Assembly: GCF_018350175.1 (NCBI RefSeq) | Contig: NC_058368.1 | Location: 171,680,001 to 171,744,000, forward strand | Origin: Felis catus | Taxonomy: Eukaryota | Direction of reading: 5' to 3' | DNA: 64,000 bases | Shown: piece after piece, positions 24,933 to 38,307 of the stretch | How the letters are laid out: the number at the start of each line of letters is the position of its first letter | How positions within the stretch are numbered: the first letter of the stretch is position 1 | Position numbers and translations under genes: made by a program | The notes under the pieces: generated by a model | Database searches by the model: none | The model's input: the letters and a program-made list of their open reading frames with translations, nothing else | Told to the model about the DNA's origin: nothing

Positions 24933-26542
24933 TCCTATGGTTTATGCTAATTGAAATTTGGACATTTACTGAGCTCCAACTGGATGCCAAACACAGAGCC
25001 TTGAGGAAGATACATTGATGAGGAGCACAGGCCTCTGCTCTCCAGGAGTTGTTTCTAGGTTTCCAGGGGAGAGACTAACTAACACCCACTCAGTGTAGAC
25101 ACAGATGAGGGACATCACTGGGTCCTGTGGAGTTGGGAACATGCAAAGGGGTGAAGAAAAAAGACATTCAGTGGAATCAATGGGTAATTCATGAACTCAG
25201 GGCAAGTCTGGGCTGTGGAAAGCCCAAAGCAGCTATAGTATGAAATACTGAGATTGAAGACCAAGCTGCAGAGCTCTTAACATGTAAACTTTCTGTATTT
25301 TGCTGCCACGGATTGATGTAACTAAGTCAAAACCCTTAAATATACATAGATTCTGCTGCTCCATACAATGAATTCTGTGCAGGGCAGGAATCAGATTGTG
25401 ATAGATTTTGAATCTCTGTTTTACTTTACCCTCTTCTAAACTGGTTTTTTTTGGGGGGGGTGGTTATTTCACTGGATTCTCATACTGAACTTGGTATTCG
25501 GGAACTTCTCCTGCTGAGCCAGGTTAATACGGCTTATCTAGATGATTGCCAGTGTTGTGTAGTGACAGGCCTGGAAGACCCAGATTCCAAAGCTCTCCAT
25601 CTCTAAGAAACTTCAGTATCACTAATATATCCCTTTGGGTTAACAACCAACTCCAGAGAGGTCACGTGTTAAGTTGCTGTCTTATATATTTTGGTGTGAT
25701 CTAGTTAATTATCTTTTTAATCAGATGAAAGCTCAAAATATACTTACTGAGCATCTACTACATGACAATCTCGAAGCTAGAGGCTGGATCACAGTAGTTA
25801 GTAGGATGCAGTAGCTGCCGTCTAGTGGCTCACAGCTTAGAGCCTAGCACCCTTTGAAGCCTATAGCAGCTTTGCTGAGGGAGGGAGGCAGCTTTGCTGA
25901 GGCCCCGTGGTAGAGAGTTCTGGGTACTCCAGGGTAGTATGGGGCCCAGACCACAAAGGTAAGGAAGAACTCAGTGTGAATTTGAGCTATTTCACAAGTT
26001 GATCTAGGGCAGCCTTGTTTCTTGGTCTTCTCACTTCTGTCTTGGAGACATCTGCATTAAGCCATGCTAATCTGTATTCTTCACATAGGTGGCCTGTTGA
26101 TGTCACATTCCAGGTGCTCTGACAGTACCCAGGCCTGTTGCCCTAATGTCCGACCCTTATTTTCTTGCTTCTGGACTTGTCTCTTCACAGGCAGTTACCT
26201 CATCTCCCTGCCTCCAGCCCTGTGACTATCCTCCACCCTTTCTATGTGCAGCCAGGGTGTCCTTCGGAAACACTAAACATGATCTTCATCACCTTGTTGG
26301 CCTGTTTATTCCACTCCCAGAATAAAATTCTGCCAGGGCTTTGCCCTGCATATTCAAGCTCCCAAGCGTTTGCTGATTCTCACCCTGTGTACTTTTCCTA
26401 CCAAATGCTCACAAACCTGTGAGTTCTAGCCAAAATGAACCACTAGCCAAAGGAGGATATGTGCACTTTTATTTTTAACAGATTCCACCAAATTTCTTTT
26501 CCCAAAGATGTAGCAACTATTTCTCCCCATCCTCACTAGCCC

Positions 26543-27012
26543 TTTAAAAAAAATGTTTATTTTTGAGAGACAGAGCACAAGCAGAGGAGGGGCAGAGAGA
26601 GAGACAGTGACATAGAATCTGAAGCAGGATCCAGGCTCTGAGCTGTCAGCCCAGAGCCTGATGTGGAGCTCAAACTCATGAGCTATGAATCATGACTTTG
26701 GCCGAAGTCTGATGCTTGCTTAACTGACTGAGCCACCCAGGTGCCCCTAAGCCCTTTTTAATTTTGCCAACCCGATGTGTGAAACGTGATATCTCATTGG
26801 TGTTTAAATAAGATTCCCCTCACCTTTAGTGTAGCTAGAAATTTTTTTTGATGTTTATTTATTTTTGAGAGAGAGAGAGACCGAATCGGAAGCAGGCTCC
26901 AGGCTCCGAGCTATCAGCACAAAGCCTGAGGCAGAGCTCAAACCCATGAACTCCAAGATCATGTCCTGAGCTGAAGTCAGACGCTTAACCAACTGAGCCG
27001 GCCAAGCACCCC
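26543..27012 (-). mobile_element. two Can-SINEs (~26543-26747 and ~26841-27012) within an old L1 fragment
   Basis: two reverse SINE cores; flanking L1-like gtgatatctcattg and ttgcctgttcata phrases. Confidence 0.8.
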
Positions 27013-28329
27013 AGATGTATTTATACACTTATTTATGATTAGGATTTCCTCCTCTATAAATTGCCTGTTCATAATCCTTGCTTAATTTTCTGTTAGAGTG
27101 TTTTTACCACTGTATTAATGTGTAGAAGCTCTTTGTGACATGTTTTGATTTCCTAGTAAACGTAACAGCTAACAATTATTGAGTGCTTTTATGCACTGTT
27201 TCCCCAGTCAGTAGATCTTTTTAATTTTGTTCATGTTATATTTTTCTAAGTATAAATCAGTAAATGTTTAATGAATAGTGGATGCATGAATGAATGAATA
27301 AGTTGAATGAATGAAATGTGTAAATTTTATCTGCCCCCAAAGACTGGGTTTTTGATCAGAAGCTATTTCATCTTAAGATTCCTCTGTATTCTCTTGTGCC
27401 TCTTTATCTCCTTTCCAGGTCCTTCCAACCACCACTCTCTGCCTTTTGTTTGGCCAGGTAGTAGGTACACCAGAGACACTTAATAAATGCTTTCAGAATG
27501 TCAATGCCTTTCTCTCCCTTAAATGTTGGCCTTTGGAAAAGAGCTCAGGGAACACATTCGAAATGAGAGGAGAAAACAGTTTTTGTTTTGTGAATTGTAT
27601 GCAGGGTGCAGTTATTAGTTACTTGAAAATGATATGCCTAGCACATAAGGACGTGAATGATCTTGGCAATGAGGCAACTAAAATTTTAGTGTTATTTCTT
27701 TAATTCACTGTATCCTTCTGAGAGGAGTTTAAAATCCTTTCTGGCTTATTTATAAAGCACCAGCCAGCTTGCAGAACTCTACAGAGAGATTTCTTCCCTG
27801 TTCTAGCTTCCAGAAAAAGGAGCACAATCCATGACAATTGGGCAAAGTAGAAAGGCGGAAAAATATTAAACCAAAATGAGAGAGATTTTACCCCCAAAGC
27901 ATGAATTGGATAGTTTTCTTTTAATTTTAGAAGAGCTTTGCATTTGAATTTATACCAGCATGCCCCAGTGTAATTCAAGATTAAATTATTCCTTCATGAT
28001 CCCACCCCACTCCTGCTGCTGAGACTACAAAACAACCTCCCTGCTTCCTTCTTGCTTCCCCCCACCATACGCACACCCAGTTTTTCTTTAGCAGTCCTTT
28101 TTCGTAAATGACTCGGAAATTACACTCAGTGCATTTGGGACACTTTGTGTGTTATCCTCAGATAAAACACTTAAGTGTTTCATTTGGAATCAGACAGTTT
28201 CCTGAGGAAATAACTAAAATCATAGAATTGTTGAATAAGCTGATAAGCAAAATCAGGTTACCAGGCAAAAGTCATTTTATTTTTTTGGACAGAGAATCTA
28301 AAGCAGCTTTTAAAAAGAAAAATAATAAT

Positions 28330-28332
28330 AAA

Positions 28333-28380
<48 letters not shown>

Positions 28381-28386
28381 AAATAA
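28330..28386. repeat. (AAAT)n microsatellite
   Basis: direct reading. Confidence 0.9.
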
Positions 28387-28804
28387 AGCAGCTTTACAAA
28401 CACACACAAACAGAAAAGCCTCCATCTAGAAATCAACCAAAATACCAGGCTTAGGCAATCAGAAAGTAAAGGTTTTAGTAAAAAATGAAGAGCAGACCAG
28501 GTTCCATGATCTCTTCAGCAATAACTACAAACACTGCTTCCCTGGAGATGGATCCATGGCATCTGGCTTCCAAGTGCACCTGTCTCCTGGCCAGAAGCAG
28601 AGTTCTAGACGAGATGATCAAAACACTGTCTATAACTTATTCTAGCCTGAGGATGATCATTGACATTGGACTTTGGTGAAACTTGAACAGGATCAATTCG
28701 TTTGTTCATTCATTATTCAATGAATATTTATAGGGCACATTCTCTAGTAATATATTATGGAGGTGGAGAGGAGGAGGAACGGTCCCTATTTTAAAATCTA
28801 CTAA

Positions 28805-29145
28805 GGGTGGCCAAGTGAAATGCCTGCAGAAGCCAGGCCGGTAACATAAATGAGTCAGGCCGGGTGGGAATTGTGAACTGAGGTAGACTGAAGAGTAGAG
28901 GCTCCATCAAAAAGGGGCTGCCTGTTTTCAGTTCCATTGATTATTTCCATAAGAGAATGTGAGCTCAGTTTGCCACACTTTCCAGTTTTCAAAAAAACAG
29001 TCCTCCAATCCCAATTTTATTGTGAAATTTCTCCTTTTTTAAACATTGGCAACAAAATACAAACTTTTTAAAAATGTTATGTCACCAAAACAAAACATGA
29101 CTGCAAGGCAAAATTGGAGCTGAACAGCAAGTTTACAACCTCCGA
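28805..29145. mobile_element. MER103-like hAT relic
   Basis: aaatgcctgcagaagccaggccggtaacataaatgagt resembles MER103C; a related copy lies at 61780-62360. Confidence 0.55.
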
Positions 29146-29404
29146 TGCAGAACAGTATATAGTATTTTAAAACATGAACAATGAATTTCGCAGTGTTGCC
29201 ATTACCCTCTCCCTCTCCCCTCAGCTCTTAGAAGTAAATGAAATGTGGATAGCTACTCTTTAGATAAGTTTGACTTAAAACCAGCTTTTTTAAATTGCTG
29301 GAATATAATGCTATAAATCTTTCCCCACCCCGCTCCCCCACCACCATTTGAGTGTCTAGGATTCCCTCTGCAATGACTGAAAATATGGGAAACTTTCTTT
29401 TAAT

Positions 29405-29832
29405 TATATTTTATTTTTTAAAATGTTTATTTATTTTTGAGAAACAGAGAGAGAGCGAGAAAGAGTGCAAGCATGGGAGGGGCAGAGAGAGAGGGAGACA
29501 CAGAATCTCAAGCAGGCTCTAGGCTCTGAGCTGTCAGCACAGCCCAACACGGGGCTTGAACTCATGAACCGTGAGATCATGACGTGAGCCAAAGTCAGAC
29601 ACCTAACCAACTGAGCCACCCAGGTACCCCAGTTTTTTTTCAAGAAAGAGAGAGAGAGCAGAGGAGAGAGGCAGAGGGAGAGAGAGAGAGAAGGAGAGAG
29701 ATAGAGAGTCTTAAGCAGATTCCATGCTCAGTACAGATCCCAACTTGGGGCTCCATCTCATGACCCTGGGATCATGACCTAAGCCAAAATCAAGAGCTGG
29801 ACACACAACCTACTGAGCCACCCAGGTGCTCC
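29405..29832 (-). mobile_element. two tandem Can-SINEs (~29405-29629 and ~29632-29832)
   Basis: two consecutive reverse SINE cores, each ending ccacccagg. Confidence 0.88.
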
Positions 29833-30759
29833 TGAAAGTATAGGAACCCTTCTAACCAAGTGTCCTTACTGCCTACACACCAGTGGGCCTCCTGTTGTCC
29901 ACCACACACTCTGGGGCTATCTCAAGATCGAGATGCTCCCCCTTTGCATATCTGAAACTCAGGGCCCTCTGGTACTCTGAATCCTCACTGATTTTTTGAA
30001 GGGAAAGGTAACTGTTTCCTTTTTCTGTGGATCCCCATCGTCTCTCTCTCTACTCCTAGACAGGCTCCCATTCTTGGTCTTCACGCTCAGCCAGAGAGTT
30101 GCACCCACCCTAGCAGTAGTGCTAGCCCATACCGCAACTGTGTGCAAATGGGAAAAGGGCCCCTTGACAAGGCACTTCACTAACACTTGTTGGAAGGTTG
30201 TTAGAATATACAAATCTCTGACTTCATGAATATTCTCCCTTAGAGTTGTGCAGCACACAAGGTGCACAACAGTAAGGGGTGACTCTGTGCCCATCCCCTC
30301 TAGGGACTTTCTCTCCAATCCATCTATAAATTCCCATTTTGTTTTGTTTTGTTTTGGCACCTTATAAACTCATGGCCGTTGGTTTCCAACTTCCCATTTC
30401 CTCAAGCAGTCAGTAATGAAGGACCTAAACTATGTTTATCCATCCCCACTCCCAGGTCTAGATCTTGTAAAGGACTGACAGGCAGAGTCCCCTTTATTGG
30501 GTTATGTTAAAGGGACAATTTGAACAAACTGGAACAGAGGGGAAGGAGTATGGCATTCGGCACTTTCCAGAGATTCTTGAGTCCAGGCTTTAGGAAAAAG
30601 ACTGAAAATTGGAAGCCACAACTATAAACTAATTCAGTATGCCCTAAGACTATAGTTTACTTATTTTTGGTTTTGCCTGCACATTTTTTTCTAAAGTTTG
30701 GATTTTAATGCTTTTAAGATTGTAACCACTCCTAATTGTCTCATACACCATGTTAATTC

Positions 30760-31560
30760 ACAAATAGATTCTGCCACTAAAACAAGGACCCAGAGTAACA
30801 GTGGCTTAAGTGAAATGAATTTGGCTTTTGCTTATGTAATACAGTTTAAGCATAAGCAGTACAGAGCTAAGATGCAGATCCATGGTAGGAGGAACCCAGG
30901 CCCCTTCTAGGTTGTTGCTCAGGCATTGTTGTCATCTGAGTGGTCTAAGATGGCCGTCTGCCACTATGAACCGGTTCCTACTGATGAGAAAGAGAAGAGT
31001 AGAGTGTGTGCATTCTCTATAATGGCACAACAAAAAAGTTGTGCTTATCATTTCTGTTCATACCTCATTGGCAGGACTTAACCATGGGGTGTCCTCTGTT
31101 CAAGCTGCCATAACAAAGCACCATAGACTGGGTGGTATAAATGACAGAAATTTATTTCTCCCAGTCCTGAAGTCTGGGAACTCCAAGATCAGGGTGGTGG
31201 CTGGTTTGGTTTGTGGTAAGAGCTGTCTTCTTGGCTTGCAGATGGCCAACTTCCTGCTGTGTCCCCACAGGTAGAGAGAGACAGAGACATCTTTTCCTCT
31301 TCTTCAAAAGCCACAGTCCTGTCAGATTAAAGCCTCACCCTTATGACCTCATTTAAACTTAATTACCTCCTGAAGACTCTATTTCCAGATACAGTCACAT
31401 GGGGTATGGGGGGGGGGGGGATTCATATAACATGAATTTTAGGAAGGCACAATTCAGTCCATAGCATATGGCCTCACCTAGTTGCAAGGGAGACTGGGAA
31501 GCATAGTGTATATTCTGAGCAGAATGCTATTATTACTAATATTGAAGATCCATTAGTAGT
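30760..31560 (-). mobile_element. old MLT1J/K-like LTR with a nested younger MLT1A-like LTR (~31085-31465)
   Basis: outer: cagtggcttaa, ggaacccaggccccttc, ctcattggcaggactta...tggcctcacctagttgcaagggagactgggaa; inner: gctgccataacaaagcaccatagactgggtgg...acaattcagtccatagca. Confidence 0.7.
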
Positions 31561-32595
31561 CACTCATACAATCCAACTTTTTTATGTGCTTGGTTCTTCT
31601 AGACAGTTCCTTTGGCAACACTGTTTTAGTGTCTTTGTTATTATATTTGCAGTTTTCTGAATCCCAGCACCATTGTCCTATCTATATTCAGAAATATACC
31701 ATAGAGACCAACATAAATGATGTTTTATTGCCCACCACAGCTCTCCCTACTGCTGTAAATGAATGTTGATTTAGCATCTCAGAAAACAAAAGTGACCAGT
31801 GAGCTAACACTAATTATATAAAACCATTTTAATAAAATAAAGGAACGCAGTGCCACATTTTGTTTTTCTACTAGTGACTGGTCCAGCTCCAGCTTAGTGC
31901 GACCTTATAACCTGACAGAGTGAGGCAGTGTTCAGAGACTTCTTGCTTGCTCCAGAGAGCCAAGAAAGCCTGCAAAATCAGATTTTTTAAATATGCAAAT
32001 TAAGGTCAAACAGCCCCACATCTGAGATTTAATGGCTAATCTATTCAGACAGCTGCTTCTTGGCTATTATATTACAAGGTGACTGAGTTCATTAAGATTT
32101 TCACACACAACTGACTCTTCAAATTGTATTCCATACTTTTTTAGACCTTCATGGGCAAAGCTAGTCAGATGAGCTATGGTTATAGCAGAAAGAGCCAATC
32201 TGTCGCTATTTGTTTTCCAATAGACAAAGGGGCATTATTTTCAGGTTGATTAAAACTGGTCACTCAAGCCAAATTCCAGGATGAGGTCATGAAGATCAGT
32301 CACTGTGGGGCTTATTGCCAAAGGCAACTGGGGAGAGTCAAGTTTTCTTTGCTGAAAGACATAGTGCCAAAAATTCAAATTAAACTTTAAAATTATGTTA
32401 CCTTTACCTGTGTTATACTGTACACATTAAAAACAATGAAGCCAAATGCAAGTCCTTAAACATTAGTCTTATGTATAGACATTGTTTAATATTTACACAT
32501 CATGGAGTTAGATCAGGCATTGTCTATTATTGTTGCCATTTTCTTTCCTGTTCTCTAACAATTGAAAACTTCTTTGTTTTATAAAACTACATTTA

Positions 32596-32817
32596 TTTTT
32601 TTTTTTAATTTTTTTTTTCAACGTTTATTTTTGGGACAGAGAGAGACAGAGCATGAACGGGGGAGGGGCAGAGAGAGAGGGAGACACAGAATCAGAAACA
32701 GGCTCCAGGCTCTGAGCCATCAGCCCAGAGCCCGACGCGGGGCTCGAACTCCCGGACCGCGAGATCGTGACCTGGCTGAAGTCGGACGCTTAACCGACTG
32801 CGCCACCCAGGCGCCCC
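32596..32817 (-). mobile_element. very young felid Can-SINE
   Basis: CpGs intact; 17-bp TSD tataaaactacatttat at 32580-32596 and 32820-32836. Confidence 0.95.
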
Positions 32818-33100
32818 AATATAAAACTACATTTATAAGCAAAATGATGTAGAACATGTTTCATTCTGCACATACAACTTATTTAACATTATTTTGTTAT
32901 TAAGTATAAGAGAATTTTAATGTGATTATTTCACCAAACTTTCTCATATATAGTATAAGCTACTTTCTTTCCACAGAACTGTCTAGCCAGTGAAATGAAA
33001 TTACTGTGAGCTCTTAAACCAACATACTGTAAGTCTGTTATGATAAAATCTCATAAACTGGAAACAATAAGGAAATGGCTATTCTACCAAGTGACAATTC

Positions 33101-33582
33101 TTTTTTTTTTTTTATTTTTTTTAACGTTTATTTATTTTTGAGACAGGGAGAGACAGAGCATGAACGGGGGAGGGTCAGAGAGAGAGGGAGACACAGAATC
33201 TGAAACAGGCTCCAGGCTCTGAGCTGTCCGCACAGAGCCTGACGCGGGGCTCAAACTCCTGGACCGTGAGATCATGACCTGAGCTGAAGTCAGTCGCTCA
33301 ACCGACTGAGCCACCCAGGCACCCCCCCAAGTGACAATTCTTAACTGAAAAAATATTTAAAAAAAAATTTTTTTACATTTATTTATTTTTGAGAAACAGA
33401 GTGAGACAAAGCGTGAGCGGGGGATGGGCAAAGAGAGAAGGAGACACAGAATCTGAAGCAGGCTCCAGGCTCTGAGCAAGCGGTCAGCACGGAGCCTGAT
33501 GTGGGGCTCGAACCCACAAACTGTGAGATCATGACCTGAGCCGAAGTTGGACGCTCAACCGACTGAGCCACCCAGGTGCCCC
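33101..33582 (-). mobile_element. two Can-SINEs (~33101-33326 with TSD ccaagtgacaattct; ~33367-33582)
   Basis: two reverse SINE cores. Confidence 0.9.
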
Positions 33583-33626
33583 GAAAAAAAAATTTTTTTT
33601 TTGAATTTACAACTTTAGTAAATGGC

Positions 33627-33773
33627 ATTTTATTTTTTTTATATATGAAATTTATTGTCAAATTGGTTTCCATACAATACCCAGTGCTCATCCCAAAAGG
33701 TGCCCTCCTTAATACCCATCACCCACCCTCCCCTCCCTCCCACCCCCCATCAACCCTCAGTTTGTTCTCAGTT
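33627..33773 (-). mobile_element. short 5'-truncated young L1 3' end
   Basis: gaaatttattgtcaaattggtttccatacaatacccagtgctcatccc...ccctcagtttgttctc is the reverse of a carnivore L1 3'UTR. Confidence 0.85.
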
Positions 33774-36700
33774 CCAAAAAATATTTTTAAAGGCAATGTA
33801 TTCTTAATATAGTGCATAAAATAAAGAAATGAGTAAAATGAAATACTATTGTTTGAACAATAAACACAAACCATTTCCACAAAATAGTTTATTGCTAAAA
33901 CCAGAAGTTGAAAACTTATAGAATAAATTGTTAATTTATGAGCTTTTGATTTGAAAAAACAACACCAACAACAAAACAGTGATGAGCTTTAGATGAACTT
34001 GCCTTTCTTTTGAACCAGTAGGGCCCTGAAATTCACAAAGCAAAAAAATAACTTCAATTATAATTAATAAGAACCAATTACACTTTGAATTATCATGAAT
34101 CCAAAATGAAATAATCATGAGACTTAAAACAGTTCAATTGGTTCTTGGAATATAGCCAAAGGAAATAAGCTTTAAAAATATTGAAAAAGTTCTATCTACA
34201 TGATTTGTTATTTATAAGTGAGAAAATCTGTTAGTAATCTAAATATCTGTACAGGATGTGGTTATAAAATCATTTAAAACTACAATCCAAAGAAAATGAG
34301 AAATATATGGGAAATAGTTATGATAGAATGTTAACATCAAAAATCAAGTCCTTGGATTTTTTTTTCTCCCAATGGGATGAATTACTGAGGTGAAGAAAAT
34401 AATGTTGGTTGTCATTGACAGAAACTATGAGAACAATCAGTGTTTGATGTCTCCCGGTCAAATGTTATAATTTTGATAGTGAAATACAACCCTGCAAACA
34501 TCAATTCAAATTTTCTCTAGTGAAGCGTTTCCTTGCAATCCAGACTTGTTAACCACTTCTTCCAGTTTCTCTCCAGCATCGCAGATGTAACCGACTTCTA
34601 GAATGCATTGGACCCCATGGGGTACAGACAGGAATCATGTTCAGTTCTCTCTCATGTTGGTCTTCAGGTGTCTCCTCTATTGGATCTTCCTTCTCAGCCC
34701 CTGAACAAGAGCTTAGGCAGATTGCATAGATTCGCAGTCCTTTTCAGATATCAAAAGGTAGTATTTTCAGGCGTGGTATTAACAAATTCTATATGATGTA
34801 AATGAAAACTTTGATCTCTTCAGCTTCCCCCTGCCACCATCCATAGGCCAACAGCGGGGGAAGGGGCATGGTCTACTCTCATCTCCACAATTTTCCTTCT
34901 TGGCTCCTCCGCTTTTCCTCTCCCACTCACTGTGTACCTTTTGGTTCTTCCACTGTTGTAGGAGACGGCCGGGAGAGGATAGATAAGGAGGCAAACTGGT
35001 CTGACCTGATGAGTCCTGTTGTAACCTGGTGTTAGTAAGCCCTGCATGGCAGATGCACCAAAGCTGGCTCTTTCTCTTTTGGGAGTTCTCTGGGGACTCT
35101 GTCCTCAGATACATCCATCACTTTATGTGCTTTGACATAGGTAAGTCGCTTTCCAGATGGCTACTTCCTCCCACCACCCCAGATCCTGTTTCCAATGGAA
35201 TGTCCCACATGGGCCACTCTGGCCCCAGGAGTCTTCTGCACCTTGAGGAAAGTACAACCACCATTGCTTGCAGCTGCTCACATTGCCCTGCTTCAGGGGC
35301 AAGTGCAGAGAACCCTGAACCTCAGAAGTTTCTAGGCAAGAGTCAAGCCCCAGATCCTCCAAACTGAGAGTCATGTGTCAAAATCTCCTAAGAACTCCCA
35401 CACCAGGCTCCATTCCAGCACTATAGCTTCTTGGCCTGAAGTGGGAGAGGGTAGCACTCACTCCTCTACCAGGAGGGTAGGGGCCGTACCACAGAGCTCA
35501 GCACCTACCAGACTTGAAGAAATCTTCATTCTCAGTCTTTCACTAAAGCTAGAAGAGGGAGCAGAGCCAGTTTTGAGTCACCTCTTAGTAAGTCCTGTTG
35601 TGATGGTCACTATGGGAGTATTTGCCATCTACTGTTCTCGACTTTGTGGCCTCAGTTGAAAGTAAGAAAAATCCTATTTTGCTGTTATGCACGATACCCC
35701 TCACTTGGGAAATAATTCTCCTCTACTGTCTCTGCTTGATTCCAATGGATTACCCTGAAAATCAAATGGCAAGCCGATCTCAAGTACTTTTGGTTTTCTG
35801 CTCAATTACTCCAAGGTCCTTCTGCTTAAATAGACCGTATGAATGATTGGGTCAGTCTGTTTTCTGCAGTGACTCTTAATCAGGATTCAGACAGGACCAG
35901 GCCTGTCTGCTGAACTGGTAGGACAGGCCTGCCAGAGAATTGGCTTTGTCTCATTGGTTGAAAAAGAAGAGAAGCAGGGTGCCCGAGTCCTGGAGGGAAT
36001 GAGATGTGGGGGAACATGGCAGAATTTCAGTGATGTTCTCTTGACTTGGACAGCCCCATAGACCTGGGGTTGAGTATATGGAGAGAGTGACTGCAGCTGG
36101 AGGCTGAGGGAGCTGTTTTCATAAGGGGCTCTGTGTGTCACTATGAGGCATGAGGTGTAAGCAGTGTAGCTTCTGTGCCCAGATAAGGAGGAGGGATCCT
36201 CTCCCCACTTAGGCACAAACCACAGCATGCCTTCGGAACACTGAGAACTCAGAAAACGGCAACACAGCTGGTAATTTGCAGCTTTGGGTGTTAGGAGGCG
36301 GCAACTTTGGCCAGGACATCAGTAGAGCCTCAGTGGACTTCCAGGACGATGTATATCAAAAAGCTAGTTGCTGGCAAACTACCAAAGGGGAGTTAAACTA
36401 TGTGTCTTCTATGTACTTGAACCAGCTCCCAGACCACGTGTCTGCATGATATCCAGTCCCCCTCCAATGTAGCTCTTCATAGTTAGCTGAGTCAAACAGC
36501 CCTATAAAAATTAGTGGAGTGGAAAGAGAACAGAATAACTTCAGTAACAACTGCCATTTGGGCAAGGGGAGAACACAATTGTCCCTGGACCACACCATAT
36601 ATTCTCTCCTGCTGGACAGGAATATAAAAGACTCCATGCCCTTGCAATCCTTAGTCTACCTGCCAGCTGCCCCAGCTTCTGATCTTGGAGGGTGAATCTC

Positions 36701-37306
36701 CTTTGCTAACTGATTTCCATGATCACTGATTCTGCTTTCTGAAGATCTCACTGTATAATAACCTAGAACTACCAGAAATTGGGGCTGTTCTGGTGGCTAT
36801 ACCTCTTTGTGAAAACACTTTCTATTGGTGTGAATTCTGGAGGCTCAAGAAGTGTAACAGCCATGCTTAAGGGGTTTTAAGCCTAATTTAGTAGGCTTCA
36901 GTTTCATAGGCTATGAACCAATGCCTTAGATCCCTTTGCATCATAGACTGGCTATAATGGAAACTGCCTTTGAAATTCTTTATCCTACCAAAAGGCCTGG
37001 GTGCCATTGCTAGTTTTATACCACCCTGTTGGACTCTGCCTCAGGGTAACTTAAAACAATAGACTGAGGTAGACCAGCAACCACTAATCTGCCCATTCTT
37101 TGCAGCCACAGCCAATCACACTGAGAAAGATTGTCCCTTTTGCACAGAACAGAAGCCATTTGGATGCACTCAGGGAATCAAGTTTCTTCTAAGACCCACA
37201 GAATCCCAAATGATGGCTCTTGCCTCTCTGCTTTTTCTTGCACCAGTGTTACACTGGAAAGACAATTTGGTTTTTTTTTTTCTTTCCCAGATATTACAGG
37301 AAATGG

Positions 37307-38307
37307 ATCTTCTTTATCCATTCATCCATCAATGGACATTTGGACTCTTTCCATACTTTGGCCATTGTTGATAGTGCTGCTATAAACATTGGCTGCATGT
37401 GTCCCTTCGAAACAGCACACCTGTATCCCTTGGATAAATACCTAGTAGTGCAATTGCTGGGTCCTAGGGTAGTTCTATTTTTAATTTTTTGAGGAACCTC
37501 CATACTGTTTTTCAGAGTGGCTGCACCAGCTTGCATTCCCACCAGCAGCGCAAAAGAGATCCTCTTTCTCCGCATCCTTGCCAATATCTGTTGTTGCCTG
37601 AATTGTTAATGTTAGCCATTCTGACAGGCATGAGGTAGTATCTAATTGTGGTTTTGATTTGTATTTCCCTGATGATGAGTGATGTTGAGCATTTTTTCAT
37701 GTGTCTTTTAGCCATCTGGATGTCTTCTTTGGATAAGTGGCTATTCATGTCTTTTGCCCATTTCTTCACTGGATTATTTGTTTTTTGCGTGTTGAGTTTG
37801 ATAAGTTCTTTATAGATTTTGGATACTAACCCTTTATCTGATATGTTGTTTGCAAATATCTTCTCCCATTCAGTCAGTTGCCTTTTAGTTTTGCTGATTG
37901 TTTCCTTTGCTGTGCAGAAGCTTTTTATTTTGATGAGGTCCCAATAGTTCATTTTTGCTTTTGTTTCCCTTGCCTCCGGAGATGTGTTGAGTAAGAAGTT
38001 GCTGCAGCCAAGATCAAAGAGGTTTTTGTCTGCTTTCTCCGCGAGGATTTGGATGGCTTCCTGTCTTACACTGAGGTCTTTCATCCACTTTGAGTTTATT
38101 TTTGTGTATGGTGTAAGAAAGTGGTCCAGGTTCATCTTTCTGCATGTTGCTGTCCAGTTTTCCCAGCACCACTTGCTGAAGAGAATGTCTTTATTCCATT
38201 GGATAGTCTTTTCCTGCTTTGTCAAAGATTAGTTGGCCATACGTTTGTGGGTCCGTTTCTGGGTTCTCTATTCTGTTCCATTCATCTGAGTGTCTGTTCT
38301 TGTGCCA
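37307..38307 (-). mobile_element. L1 ORF2 C-terminal fragment, 5'- and 3'-truncated, no poly(A)
   Basis: minus ORFs encode WHKNRH..., [29 protein letters not shown]; atctt at both junctions. Confidence 0.93.

Noticed and set aside
37030..37160. Minus-strand peptide MASVL...VVAGLP resembling the RBM43 N-terminus, and nearby MAVTLLE resembling PNMA starts
   Set aside because: Spacing differs and downstream sequence does not continue the match as far as I can recall; treated as coincidence pending a real search.
37243..37257. Palindrome ccagtgt-t-acactgg
   Set aside because: 7-bp arms can occur by chance in 64 kb.
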